From Geosiphon pyriformis uo1 (Eukaryota > Fungi > Glomeromycota), in NCBI GenBank assembly GCA_016748015.1, contig JAAOMT010000029.1, positions 360,896 to 424,895 of the forward strand: a stretch of DNA of 64,000 nt. Reading direction: 5' to 3'. The translations under genes and the position numbers were made by a program. Positions 10,797-22,718 of this stretch are shown one piece after another. Every line of letters begins with the position of its first letter. Position 1 is the first letter of the stretch. A model generated the notes under the pieces. The model searched no databases. It saw nothing but the letters and a program-made list of their open reading frames with translations, and had not been told where the DNA came from.

Positions 10797-11618
10797 TATT
10801 ACAAGTAATTATTTGGGGTCTCAAGTCAAATAACAAACCTGTAACTTGGTGCTCAAAAGCTATTTCCATTGATGATGTTCTGAAAGTGTTGTATCTGAAG
10901 GCTTTGATGGAGTCTTTTGTATAATAGACAGAGATTCAATAGTTGTTTTATCTGTAGCTTCCCAGACTTGCAAGTCTGTTAATTCTTTTCTCAGCTTGGT
11001 GGCTGGCAATCTTCTGGTAAGTAATCCGTATCTACTGTACATGTTCTACCCTCTTGCAGGGGTCTTTTACCAGGCAATCCTTGACATCAGTAATCCAGTG
11101 CTTTATTCAATCTATTAGTGCACAACACTAAAATTAAAGAAAACAAAAAAGAAAATAAAAGAAAATAAAGAGAAAATAGTATTTTGGCCAGAATGCAATT
11201 GCAAGTTAGTATCCCATTAATAGCCATGATCAAGAGCTATTGTTCCAGTATGGTCAAGTATGAATTACTATCAACACTTCATGTTGATAGTAAACAGTAA
11301 AATTGAGATAACAAATAGTTATCTATTAGATGATTATGGTAACTAAGCTAAGGATTCCTGGTGTTGATTCTGTCTTTTCTGCTTCTAATACTACTGCTAT
11401 ATATACATATTTGAGATTCCTCAATTCCTCAATTTCTTGTGACAGGAATCCTGGAATTCCTGGAATCCTGCAATTTCTTGTCAGAGAATCCAAAAATTCC
11501 TGGAATCCTGCAATTCCTCTGAAAGAAATCCTGGAATTCCATATTTACTATGTCTACATCTGATTGGCTAATATTTACTAAATAATAATACTATATTCTC
11601 TATATTTTATGAGTAACA
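10797..11618 (-). repeat. 3' LTR of element B
   Basis: Starts TGTTACTCAT at 11618 on the minus strand after PPT AAAAAGGAGGGAATAA; ends ...CTTGTAATA (decayed GTAACA). Confidence 0.92.
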
Positions 11619-11632
11619 TTATTCCCTCCTTT

Positions 11633-12283
11633 TTAATATTGAGCTCCGTCGAAATCTAATTCCTTTAATTTTCTCTTTTGAATTATTTCTTGAACTTCTT
11701 TTTTGAGTATTACTTGTGTTATTTTTGTTTGTAGTTCTTTAAATTGGGCATTGGTCATTTTTTCCAATTGATTACTCGTAACTGTATCCATTGCTGTGTT
11801 GAGTAAGATTTCTGGTCAGTTTTGAAATCCCATATATAGCCAGTAAATGGCTCGAGCTTGTGTGGTTAGATTGTTCTTTCCCATAAATTGTTCTAGTTGT
11901 CCCAATATTGTTGTGTTGAATAACTGTTTTGTTTTGTTAGTGTACAAATTCTGGATATTTATGTGTTGTCCCAAGTGGAAATGACAATAGTTTTTCAGAA
12001 ATTGTTGCATCCACCAAGTCCAAGTTTCTTTGGTAAATTCTTGGTGTAATCTGACTATTTGTTGTTCTTTTATGGCCAATTTTATCTTGGTCATAATCTT
12101 GTCAACAACATTTTCAAGTCTTTTTTGTGCTTTGTTTTGTGGTTTCTTTGCCATAATTTTGTACCAAATGGTTTGTTAATTGATTGTAATTTTCATCTCC
12201 TGGTGTTGGATTAATTGAAAAATTTGTTGGGCTAGTAAATAGATATTGTCTGTAATTTCTATTTTTCTGCTCTCTTCTGTCAT
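11633..12283 (-). pseudogene. Accessory ORF3 of element B (~216 aa)
   Basis: ATG 12283, MTEESRKIEITDNIYLLAQQIF...YCHFHLGQHI...ARAIYWLYMGF...DGAQY*; one frame with internal stops; ends at the PPT. Confidence 0.8.
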
Positions 12284-12315
12284 GTCGACTATGTTCTTAT
12301 ATATTCTTTTGTCAA

Positions 12316-15300
12316 TTAATTGGACATGTTGTTGTTAATAATAATAATTGGTTCCAGATCTCATGAAATCTCATCTGGTTGGATTAGTATTCTCTGTACT
12401 CTTAATTGTAGAATATTACTGGTGGATGGTGATGCTATATGGTGGTATGGTTTTAGTCGATCTCCATGTGCTGCTTTGGTTAAGATTTTGTTATCCAGTC
12501 TTAATTTGTAAGCTCCATTTCCTAGAATTTCTTCTATGTGAAATGGTCCATCCCATTTGGGATCAAATTTTCCACTCCATTGTTTTTTTGCTTTGGTATA
12601 ATGTAGTAATACTTTGTTTCCAATCTTGAATTCAACTGGTTGTCTGGTAGTTGACTATCATGTCTTTTTTTCTGTTTTTTTTGTGACTTTTGAATATTAT
12701 CAGCTGCTTTTCGTCATTTGTTTTCCAATGTTTTCATTAAGTCATATGTTTTTCTCAGCAATGTTTCTTGAAAATTCTCTTTTGTTATTGGTTCAGCTGA
12801 ATATGTATTAATTTCTCTCTTTACTGGTAACATTGCTGTTCTCCTATACACTAATTCAAATGGTATTGCTTGTGTAGTATCTTGTTTCATTGTCCGATAA
12901 GCAAATAGTACTGATGATATGAACAAATTCCAATTGTTCTGGTTTTCTTGGCTGAGCTTAGCTATTGCTTCACACAATGTTTTGTTGAATCTTTCGACTA
13001 ATCTGTTGGTTTGTGGATGGTATGGTGATGATAATGGTCTCTTAATTTCGAATCTTTGGCTCAATTCTGTTAATGTTCTGTTCACAAAATGGGTTCCTTG
13101 GTCTGATAATAATTCTTTTGGACATCTATGTTGACAAATCAAATCTTGATGAATGAATTCAGCAATGAATTCTGCATCTGTTCTTTGAATTGCTTTTGCC
13201 TCTGGCCATTTAGTGAGATAGTCCATGACTACTGCTATGTACCTGTTTTCTCCGCTGGTAATTGTTAATGGTCTGACTAAGTCAATTCCAATACGGTCAA
13301 ATGGTTGTCCCACTTTGATTGGTCTTAATGGTTTACTGGGTCTTGTTTTTCCTCTTTGCTGACAAGCATCACAATTTTGAACATATTAAATGATGTCTAG
13401 ATATATTGATGGCCAATAGTATTTCTTTCTGGTTTTTTTCATAATTGCTTCTTTGTGAAAATATCCTGCTGTTGGGTTTGAGTGCATGTTGAATAATATT
13501 GTCTCTTTTTTTGGCTCTGTAATTACTCTGGTTGGTTGATCTGGATCCTTTCTATTTTTCCGATAAAGTATATTTTGGTAAGTAATAAAATATTTTGATT
13601 GTTGTTTGATATTCTTTCATTCCATTTGAGATAAATTTTCTTTGAACTGTTGAGTATTTATATAATGTTACAGTTGTTAATATTTTTGTATGTTCATCTT
13701 TTGTTATATTTTTCGTTGGGTTTGGTTTGGTTTTGTTATATTTTTGGGTTGAAATGTTCTTAGATTTGTCTTATTCATAACAAACCATCAGCATTTCTAT
13801 TGTTTTTTTCCTTTTTATAATGTATACTATACTTATATAGTGTGAGTGCCATTTTCTATCTTGACTGTCTTCTATCTCCAAATTCTTGTTTTTGAAGTGA
13901 TGTTAATTCTTTGTGATCTGTGTATATTTCAAACTTTTGGCTCAAGTATTCTTTCCATTTCATGACTGCCCAGTATATTGCTAAGTGTTCTTGTTTCAGT
14001 GTTCCATAGTTTTTTTTGGCTGGTGTTAAACCTCTGCTGGCATATGCTACTTGATGTTTTCTGCCATCTGGTCCTCTCTGAGATAGTACTGCTCTCAATG
14101 CTTGGCCAGATGCATCAGTGGTAATGATAAATGGTTTGCTGTAATCTGAATAGATCAGTACTGAAGCTTGAATGAGCTTTCTTTTCAGAATATTAAAAGC
14201 TTCTTGTTGACTTTCTGTCCATTCATATTTTGTATTCTTGGTTTGCAGTTGGTTGAGTGGCTGCACTATCTTGGAAAAGTTCTTGATAAAACGTCGATAG
14301 TAGCTGGCGAATTCCAAGAATAATTTCAGTTCTGTCATATTGGTTGGCACTGAAAAGTTCTTTACTATCTCTATTTTCTCTGGATCCATTTTGATGCCAT
14401 CATTGCTGACTATGTGTCCCAAGAATTTTAGTTCTGTCTTGCCGAAGAAGCACTTTGTTGCATTTAACTTTAGTCCTGCTCTTCTTAGTCTTTTGAACAC
14501 TTGTTGAAGATGATGAAGATGATCATCAAACATTTTTGAAAATACATTGGTGTCATCTAAGTATACAACTACTGATTGCCACAATAAGCCAGTATAAATG
14601 ATTTTCATTAGCCATTGGAAAGTGGCTGAAGCATTGGTTAAGCCAAATAGCATCACTTCAAATTTGAAATTCTCTTCTTTCATAGTGAATGCCATTTTTT
14701 TATTGTTGGCTGAATTCATGGCTACTTGCCAGTAACTACTGTTCAAGTCTAATGTTAAGAACCATTTGTTCTCACCAAAAGTGTCAAATAATTTCTGTAT
14801 TTGTGGAGTTGAATAGCTGTCTCTATGAGTTATACCATTGAGTTTCTTGTAGTCCACACAAAATCGGATTTTTTCATTCTTTTTACGGACAAGTACCACT
14901 GGTGACGACTATGGGCTCATTGATAATTGAATTAGCCCATTGTTAAGCATTCAGTTTATCTCTTGATGAATGATTTCATGGCTGGCGGGTGGCACTCTGT
15001 ATGCTCTTTGTTTAATTGGCATTGCATCTTCAGTCTTGATTTGATGCTGGATGATGTTCATTCGGCCAAACTCATTTTTGCTGGCAAAGATGTTATTGAA
15101 ATTGTTAAGCAATATCTTGAACTGCATATGTTATAGTGGGTCTAGTTCATTTGTTCTAATTGTTCTGGTTGGAACAAATAACATTCATCTTGTCTATAGA
15201 TTGTTTATGATGTGATGTTGACATATTCACAAAGTTGTGGAAAGTCTGGAATGGGGTTTGGTGGTTGGTCTTCTATTTCTGTGGTTAAATATCCAATGGT

Positions 15301-18300
15301 GGTTTCTTCTAGTATGTTGATGACATTGCCCATATTGTTGTATATGGGAATTTTTATGCAGCTATAGCTTTTGGCTGGTATGTGGAGATTGATCAGTCCA
15401 ATCTCTCCTGATTCACAAAGGTTTGCTTCAGCTTTAAAAATCTGTTCTTGCTCTTTTTTCTTTCTTTCTATTGCTAGTGTATACTGGCTATATGGTGGAA
15501 TAGAAATAGCTTGACCAGTTGAGATAATTTCTTCTTGGCCAACAATTTTTTTCTCTGCCATATTAACTGGTACATCTATTCTACTTGTTGATCCAAATCC
15601 CTGTATTCCTCTTGCTGTTATCCCTAATTCTTTTCTGTTTTCCACTAACACTAATTGAGCTATTTTAACCAGAGCTAGGAATATTGCCTGTGCTATCTTT
15701 TTGTTTGGCTTTATTATATAGGCTTTTTCTGAGTCATTTTGTAGCATAGCAATGATATTTTCTATATGTCTTGTGTCAATTATTTCTTCTCTGATGTTTA
15801 TCTCTCTTTTTGCTAAACTACTCTTAGATGCTAATTGAACCATTGTTGTTGCTGAAATTTCCAGTACTATTTTTAAATCGATGCAGGTGCACATATGTGG
15901 TTCTAATTTGATGGCTTCTGTTCTCAGATATCTCAGATCAAATTCTGCATCAGTATTGTGCGTGTGTTCTGGCATGATACCTTCATTGTTATCACTGAAC
16001 TATTTCAGTTCTTGTTTCTTGGTGAGGTCAGGAAGTGCGATATATTGTTCATAGTTTGAATTGGAGTTTGAATCTGAGTTGATATTGTTGGCATTATTAT
16101 TGCCATTTTGAATAGAGCTGGAACCATTATTTTTGTCATTATCATTGTTAGAGTTTGAATCAGGATCGAACAGTGATTCTGACTCCAATATGCAGCTACT
16201 GATTGGTTCTTCCTCTTTGGGGATCATGTAGATCATGCGTGGTGGTGGATTGTAAATGAAATCACAATCATCACAATATTTAAAGTCACTGGGAATTAAA
16301 CAATGGCAATACAGTCTTGTATTCAACTGTGTTAGCCGTTGTTCTTGCTCTTCTCTAGTGGGTGCCAAGTTTTGGTAGTGTTCATGGAACTCTTTTGGTT
16401 CCAGAAAATTTATGACTGGCTTTGCGTCCCAGTCAAGCTCGATGGGTTCTGGTGGGTTGTTCTTGATCTCTCTAATCTCTTTAGGTGTCATTACTTCTAT
16501 TTTGGCAATTGGCATTCTCCAAATTTTGTCATCATCATGTGGACAACTGTCCAGTTGCTACACAGTTCTTCTCCAGGCTGCTTCTATTGGTGTTTCTTTC
16601 CTTACCCAGTCGCTTATTAGAATTGTGTATTGACACGACACGTTACATGTTCTTCCACATCCTGGGATGTCATTCCACATCCCTTTATCTAGCAGGGTCT
16701 CCTCACAAGTAAGACAAGGTTGGTTATCCCATTTTTCTTGCCTCTTTGGTCATTCAAAGCATTCAAGTATGCATGGATGACAGTAAAACTTTGTTGCAGT
16801 GTGGTATTCCTCATCATTGCCACAGCATGCACCCATTGATGACAGTTTCTTACCACAATCGACGCATACAAGCCTTGGTCATTGATAATTGGATTGTTGT
16901 GGAGTGTGGTGGGTGTAGGAATTATAAATGGTGATAGTTGGTGGCATTACTTCTTCCTTTTCTTTTCCTTTTCCTTTATCTTCTTTCCATTCCCAACTTG
17001 AGGCTTCTTCTTGTTCATTGTCAGTCCAAGTCAGATCGTCAGTTTTCCAGATAAGTTTGTTTGTTTGTTTTTTTTTCCTGTCGTCATCCCAAGAGAGTAT
17101 GGGCAGCAGTTTGTTGTGCTCTTTGTCAGCCCATGACACCTGGTAGGCTTCTCAGGTAAGTTTTGGTTTCTCTTCCTTGAAGTTGATTAGTAATGCAATA
17201 GTGTTGGTAGCCTTGAAGTGATCACACATTGCTGGTACATGCATGTGTTGTCTATTCTGGCTGAGTTGAAGCTTTTGTGTGTTCCAGTCCAGAGTGGCAT
17301 TTGTCTTGGACAGCCAGTCATTACCAACTAGAGCTTGGTATTGGGTGGCTTTCATAATGAGTACTTTGATTGGTACTATGATGCCATTAATTTCGATTGG
17401 TAAGTCATCAATTTTGCCAATTGGAGTCTTGATTGCTCCATCAGCTGTGATGATTCTGGCACTGGCAGCTCGATCAACTCAGTGACCTAATTGATCCATG
17501 AGTTGTCATGTGATGATGCTGTCTGCTGAACCACTGTCAAGAATTAATTTGATGAGATGGCCATCAATTTTTGCATCAGTGTACATGGTGGTAATTGGCT
17601 TTTCTTCCAGTGTGGCTTTACTGAATAGTGGCGTGGTTAATGGTCCCTCAAATTTGAATGGAAAAATGGCATCCAAAGATTTGTCTTCCATGATTGTGGC
17701 AGGTGGAATGTTGTTGGTAGGTGTTTGTTCGAGTTTCTGGTTGTTGGGGGTGGCATTTTCTGGAGTAACCAGGAGACTTAAATAGTTTTGGGAATTCGGG
17801 TTTTGGGTGACACTTGTATCCGAAGTCCGAGAATGGGGTCTTGAGCTTTGGTGAGAGGAGCTGGAGATTGGTTGATGGACAACTATTGCTGATCTCCAAT
17901 TTTGAGCAATTCTGGGTCTCGGGTTTCCTGATGTCATCATAGCTGAGTTTTGAAGTGGTGTTTGAATTGATGGTTGAGACTGATAAATTATTTGGGGCTG
18001 TGGTTGATAAATTACTGAAGACTGCTATTGATAAATTGCTGGTGGCTGTGGTTGATAAACTGGAGGTTGATATACTGGTGGTTAATAGATTGGTTGCTGC
18101 ATCATTGGCAGGTAAGTATTTTGATATTGGTCTTGATCTTGACTTGGATAACAATTCAGAGTTTGGAACCAGCAATCGGGATTTCTGTATTGGTTTCCCA
18201 ATCATTGGTTGCTATAAGTATGGCAATTAACTTAAATATGGCCTTGTTTACCACAGTTGTGGCAGACATGCATTTCTGGCTGCCATGACTGACTGGGTGC

Positions 18301-19977
18301 TACTGATAATAATAGATGTGACTGGTTTTGGAAACGATTCATGTTTTCTGAATTATTGCATTGTTGTGGTGGTTGATATATGGCGTAATTGTCAGCTAAG
18401 TATCTCTCTAATTTCTGATTAATTGACCTACTGAATTGTTTCAATTTGGAATCCAATTCAGATGATCCATTCATTACTAGGTTTACTGCTTGGGTGTGGT
18501 TGGCTTTTAACTCAGCTGCTTTAAAATCTCTGGCATGTGTAACTGTGGTAAGGAGGTTAACTGGATGTATTGAGTGTACTCGCTGGAGAAGGTTACTGTG
18601 CAAACCTCTAATAAATTGGTTCAAAATCTGTGGTGCTGTAAAATAGTCAGCTTGAATTGCTTGGATCTGGCACAGGTTCCTATGGAAGCATCCCAAGTAA
18701 GTGGTGACTGCTTCAGTATCTCCTTGTTTAATGGTGGTAAAGAGATTGGCTAATTTGTTAATGCTATTATTGTTGCTAAAATATCTTAAGAATTCCATCT
18801 TGAAGTTATTGAAAATTTGGGGTTTGATAGCTAGACTTTGATACTATGCATCCGTGGTGTTCCTTAGAAAGTATAGAATGGCTTGAAGTGTTCAGGCATC
18901 ATTCCATCCATTTGCAGTGATGGCTTTTTCTATGTCATTCAGCCATACTTGTGCGTTGTCTTCTTCACCAGTAAAGTTGTCAAGTTTTGCAATTAGTGTG
19001 TAAGCCATTAAATCTAAGTTGGGTTGTTGTGGTTGTTAAAATGGTACTAGTGGCTGTTGAATCTGCTGGTATGGTTGTTGTGGTGGCTGGCCAATCAGTC
19101 CAACTAATGGTGGGTTAATGACAATAACAAGAGGTAAGTCCAGTTGGTTAATTAGATTGGAGTTCTGATTGTTCTGATTTGGCAGTTAAATATTCGGAGT
19201 TTTAATTTCTGGGTTTTCTAAATCTAAATTTTGCTGGGTTTGAAGATTTGGTGTTTCAACTTCTGGGTTTTCAGTAATTAGTTGTTGATAAGTGAATTCT
19301 TGATCTTCACTTCTTTTTTCTTCTTCTTCTGATAATTTCCACAGAGTAGTGATTCCAAAATCTGGTTGTGGTAGCAGTGATCAAATTCCTGATGGCATTG
19401 GGAATCGTGATTTGAATCTTTCTAAATACGTGCCGTATGGTCCTAGTAAGTCTTCTTTTCATTGTTTGCTTTGGAACTAAAATCTTCCAAATGTTGATGT
19501 CGTATTTGATGTGGACGCATTCACTGATGAAATGTTGATGGTGCTTCCAGGTGTGTAGTGAAATGATGGAGCAGTTGGTGATTCTATTTTGTGTTTCTTC
19601 CAACTAGATAACTGTATTCTTTTTGGTGTTGCTGCTGGTGTTTGTATTCTTTTTTTATCCTTATTTGCATAGATAATAGGGAATTGTTGCTGTACATATT
19701 TTTCAATACTTTGATTGATCTCTCTAATGATTGGTGTAAAACTATAGTTCCTTGGTAAACTGGTATGTTGAAACAGTTCCATATAAAAGTTTTCTTTGGC
19801 TGATTCAATGTTTACTGTTCTTCCTAAACAGTCAGTAATTTTATTGTTGATGTAAAAGTTGAAGGCTGATTTGGTTGAGTAGTGATTACTGTTTAATCCT
19901 AATTGTTGGCTGTATTGTTAAAACAAGGATTTGGTGAATCCTAAGTGGTTGGCTCTTATATTTTCTGATTCTGCCAC
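12316..19977 (-). pseudogene. gag-pol of element B
   Basis: Motifs: CHNCGKQGH knuckle; LILDSGS; dUTPase DAEFDL..KSSLA..GFGST (about 15580-16000); LDLNSSYWQ and YLDD; RNase H TDAS, YTDH; integrase GIDLV, SDQG, VERFN. Confidence 0.93.
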
Positions 19978-20020
19978 TTTTGGATGGTGTTTGTTGGTGC
20001 TGGTTCTCTGTAGGATTATA

Positions 20021-20037
20021 CCTCACAGGGAGCACCA
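20021..20037 (-). promoter_or_regulatory. Primer-binding site of element B
   Basis: TGGTGCTCCCTGTGAGG, 2 nt after the LTR end. Confidence 0.88.
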
Positions 20038-20039
20038 AA

Positions 20040-20887
20040 TGTTACAAGTGATTATTTGGGGTCTCAAGTCAAATAACAAACCTATAACTTGGTGTTCAAA
20101 AGCTATTTCCATTGATGATGTTCTGAAAGTGTTGTATCTGAAGGCTTTGATGGAGTCCTTTGTATAATGAACAGAGATTCAATGATAACAGTTTATTAGT
20201 AGTTTCCTGAAACTGTAGTTTTGTCAATGGCTTGCTCAACTTGATGGTTGATGATTCTCCTGGTATGATATCCTCCATAAGTGTATACTAGTGCTGTTTG
20301 CTGATGTCAGTTCCTCTGTAAGTCCTCTAAGAGTAAGTATTATTTTAAGCAAATTTATTCCTCCATAAGTCCTCCAAGAGTAAGTATTGTTTAAGTAAGT
20401 TTTATTCTTTCATAAGTCCTCCAAGAGTAAATTCTTTAATCAAATTAGTAGACAATAAAGAAAATAAAGAAAAGATAAAGAGAAAATAAGAAATAAGCCA
20501 AGACGATTTACAAGTTAGTATTCTGTCAATAGCCATGATCAAGAACTATTGTTCTAGTATGGTTAAGTATCAGTTATTATCAACATAAAGTGTTAATAGT
20601 GAAAAATAAATTGGATATAATGAATAATTATTTATTTAAAGATTGTGATAATTAAGCTAAGGATTCTTGGTGTTGATTCTGTCTTTTCTGCTTTTAATGC
20701 TACTACTATATATACATATTTGAGATTTCTCAATTCCTTAATTCCTTGTTAGAGAATTCTGAAATTCCTGGAATCCTGCAATTCCTCTGAGAAGAATCTT
20801 GGAATTCCACATTCACTACATCTACATCTGATTGGCTTAATATTTACTGACTAATAATACTATATTTCCTCTATTCTATGAGTAACA
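20040..20887 (-). repeat. 5' LTR of element B; contains 3 tandem ~47-bp repeats at about 20310-20430
   Basis: Termini TGTTAC...GTAACA; ends match 10797-11618 but the middle is unrelated. Confidence 0.92.
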
Positions 20888-22718
20888 ACATCATACCAAA
20901 GTGGAAAAACAATGGAGTGGAAAATTTGATCTCAAATAGGATGGACCATTTTACATAGAAGAAATTCTAGGAAATGGAGCTTATAAATTAAGATGGGACA
21001 ACAAAATCTTAACCAAAACAGCACATGATAATCGACTGAAACCATATCACCAGATAACATTATCATTTACCAATAACATTCTACAACTGGGAGTACAAAA
21101 AATACTAGTTCAACCAGATGAGATTCTATGAGATTTGGAACCAATTATAGTTATTAAACCAAACACATCAAATTGAACAACCAAAAGAGTATATAAAGAC
21201 ACAGTACACATGACAAAAGCAACCAAAAAAAATGGAAATACCAGATCATATTCACACTATAGCTTAACAATTGTTTCAGGCCTTAAGTCAACAACAGTTG
21301 GACATGAAAATTGTTATTAACAACCAAATAATTTGCTATTGAAACACCCAAAAAAAGACAAAGAAGACACCATATCAGTGGCCACCAAAGATGATAAAAA
21401 CTGGATAGACAACTTAATAGAAAAAGTGAAGAACATTTTTGAGAAAATACCTATTATGGCATTAACAGAAGAGCTTACAAAAAAAATTAGAAGCAATAGA
21501 CAGAACAACTTCCAATATCATATTGCTACTACCAGTTAGGTCAAAAGTTAAATATTTAGGAGTTGTATATTGACAAATTCAAGAAAATATTCAACTAAGA
21601 CATAATATGACAAATTGAAGAATTTATCAGAAAGAAAACAAATTCAACACTATATGTTAAAACAATGTACCGACTACACAACATATTTCAGAACTATCCA
21701 GAAATACTGTTACACTCTGACATAAAAACCATAACCATTAACCAATGGGGAAGAATAAACAATACACAAGTAGAAAATGTGAGAAACAGAGTTGAACAAA
21801 CAATACTTGAAAAAGAAGTACTAGAATTAATTCAAAATGAAAATTTCGACAGAGCTCAATATTAAAAAAAGGAAATAATATTACTCATAAAAAGAAAACA
21901 GATATAGAAAAATAGTAGGCCAATAAGAAAGTAGTAGTTAGCACGTGAGCACATTGCTTAGCAATGTAAAGCAATATCAAAAATCATGGCACATTGTTCA
22001 GCAATGTGGAGCAATGTCAAGAAAATATGGCATATTGCTCAGCAATATAAGCATTGCTTGAGAAATTATAGCACATTGCTTGAGAATGTAAGTGATCTCA
22101 TAGAACCCAAATTATGTATATATAGTGGTAGCATTAGAAGTAGAAAAGACAGACCTCTCAGTTTAGATTTTATCTAAGCAATTTTCCAATCCACAAATAT
22201 CAATAAATAATTATTCTTTATCTCAAATTCACTCCTACTATCAACCCTTTATGTTGATATTAATTGATACTTAATCACACTGAAACAATAGCTCTTGATC
22301 ATGGCTATTGACAGAATACTAACTTGTAATTGCTTTTGTTTATTTTCTTTTATTTTTTTTTTATTTCTTTGTTTTGCTAATTGATTAAAGATTAAGTGCT
22401 AAGTTATTGACATCAAAGATAGCCTGGTAAAAGATCCCAAAGAAAGAATATAAGAATTATATATATTAACAGATAGCTTATCAGAAGGGCATCTCTACCA
22501 GATTACTGGCCACCACACTAAAAAAGAAATTCGACGGAATTGCAATTCCAGGAGGCTACTGGGAAGATAACAATTAAATTTCTGTCTATTATACAAAAAA
22601 CTCCACAATGAAACTTTCAGATCAACAAGATCTTCAAAAACCAACATTGATATAGCAATTGAGCACCAAGTTATGGGTTTGTTATTTGATTTGAGACTCC
22701 AAATAATCACCTGTAACA
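20888..22718 (+). mobile_element. 3' portion of Gypsy element 'C' (integrase C-terminus, ORF3, PPT, 3' LTR 21879-22718)
   Basis: TKVEKQWSGKF..DGPFYIEEILGNGAYKL; ORF3 at about 21210-21865 ending DRAQY*; PPT aaaaaaaggaaataa; LTR ends cctgtaaca. Confidence 0.9.

Larger units (their letters stand above)
10797..20887 (-). mobile_element. Ty3/Gypsy LTR retrotransposon 'B', dUTPase-bearing, probably chimeric
   Basis: LTRs at 10797-11618 and 20040-20887; PBS 20021-20037; PPT 11619-11635; order gag-PR-Cys-rich-dUTPase-RT(YLDD)-RH-IN-ORF3. Confidence 0.93.

Noticed and set aside
17648-18205. 185-aa Ser/Thr-rich ORF, and the similar ORF at 10495-10770
   Set aside because: Shadow frame of the gag spacer; the gag frame reads (P/I)xYQP repeats in register with gag and protease.
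21945-22090. CRISPR-like palindromic repeats
   Set aside because: No unique spacers of regular length, eukaryotic context, and located inside an LTR U3.
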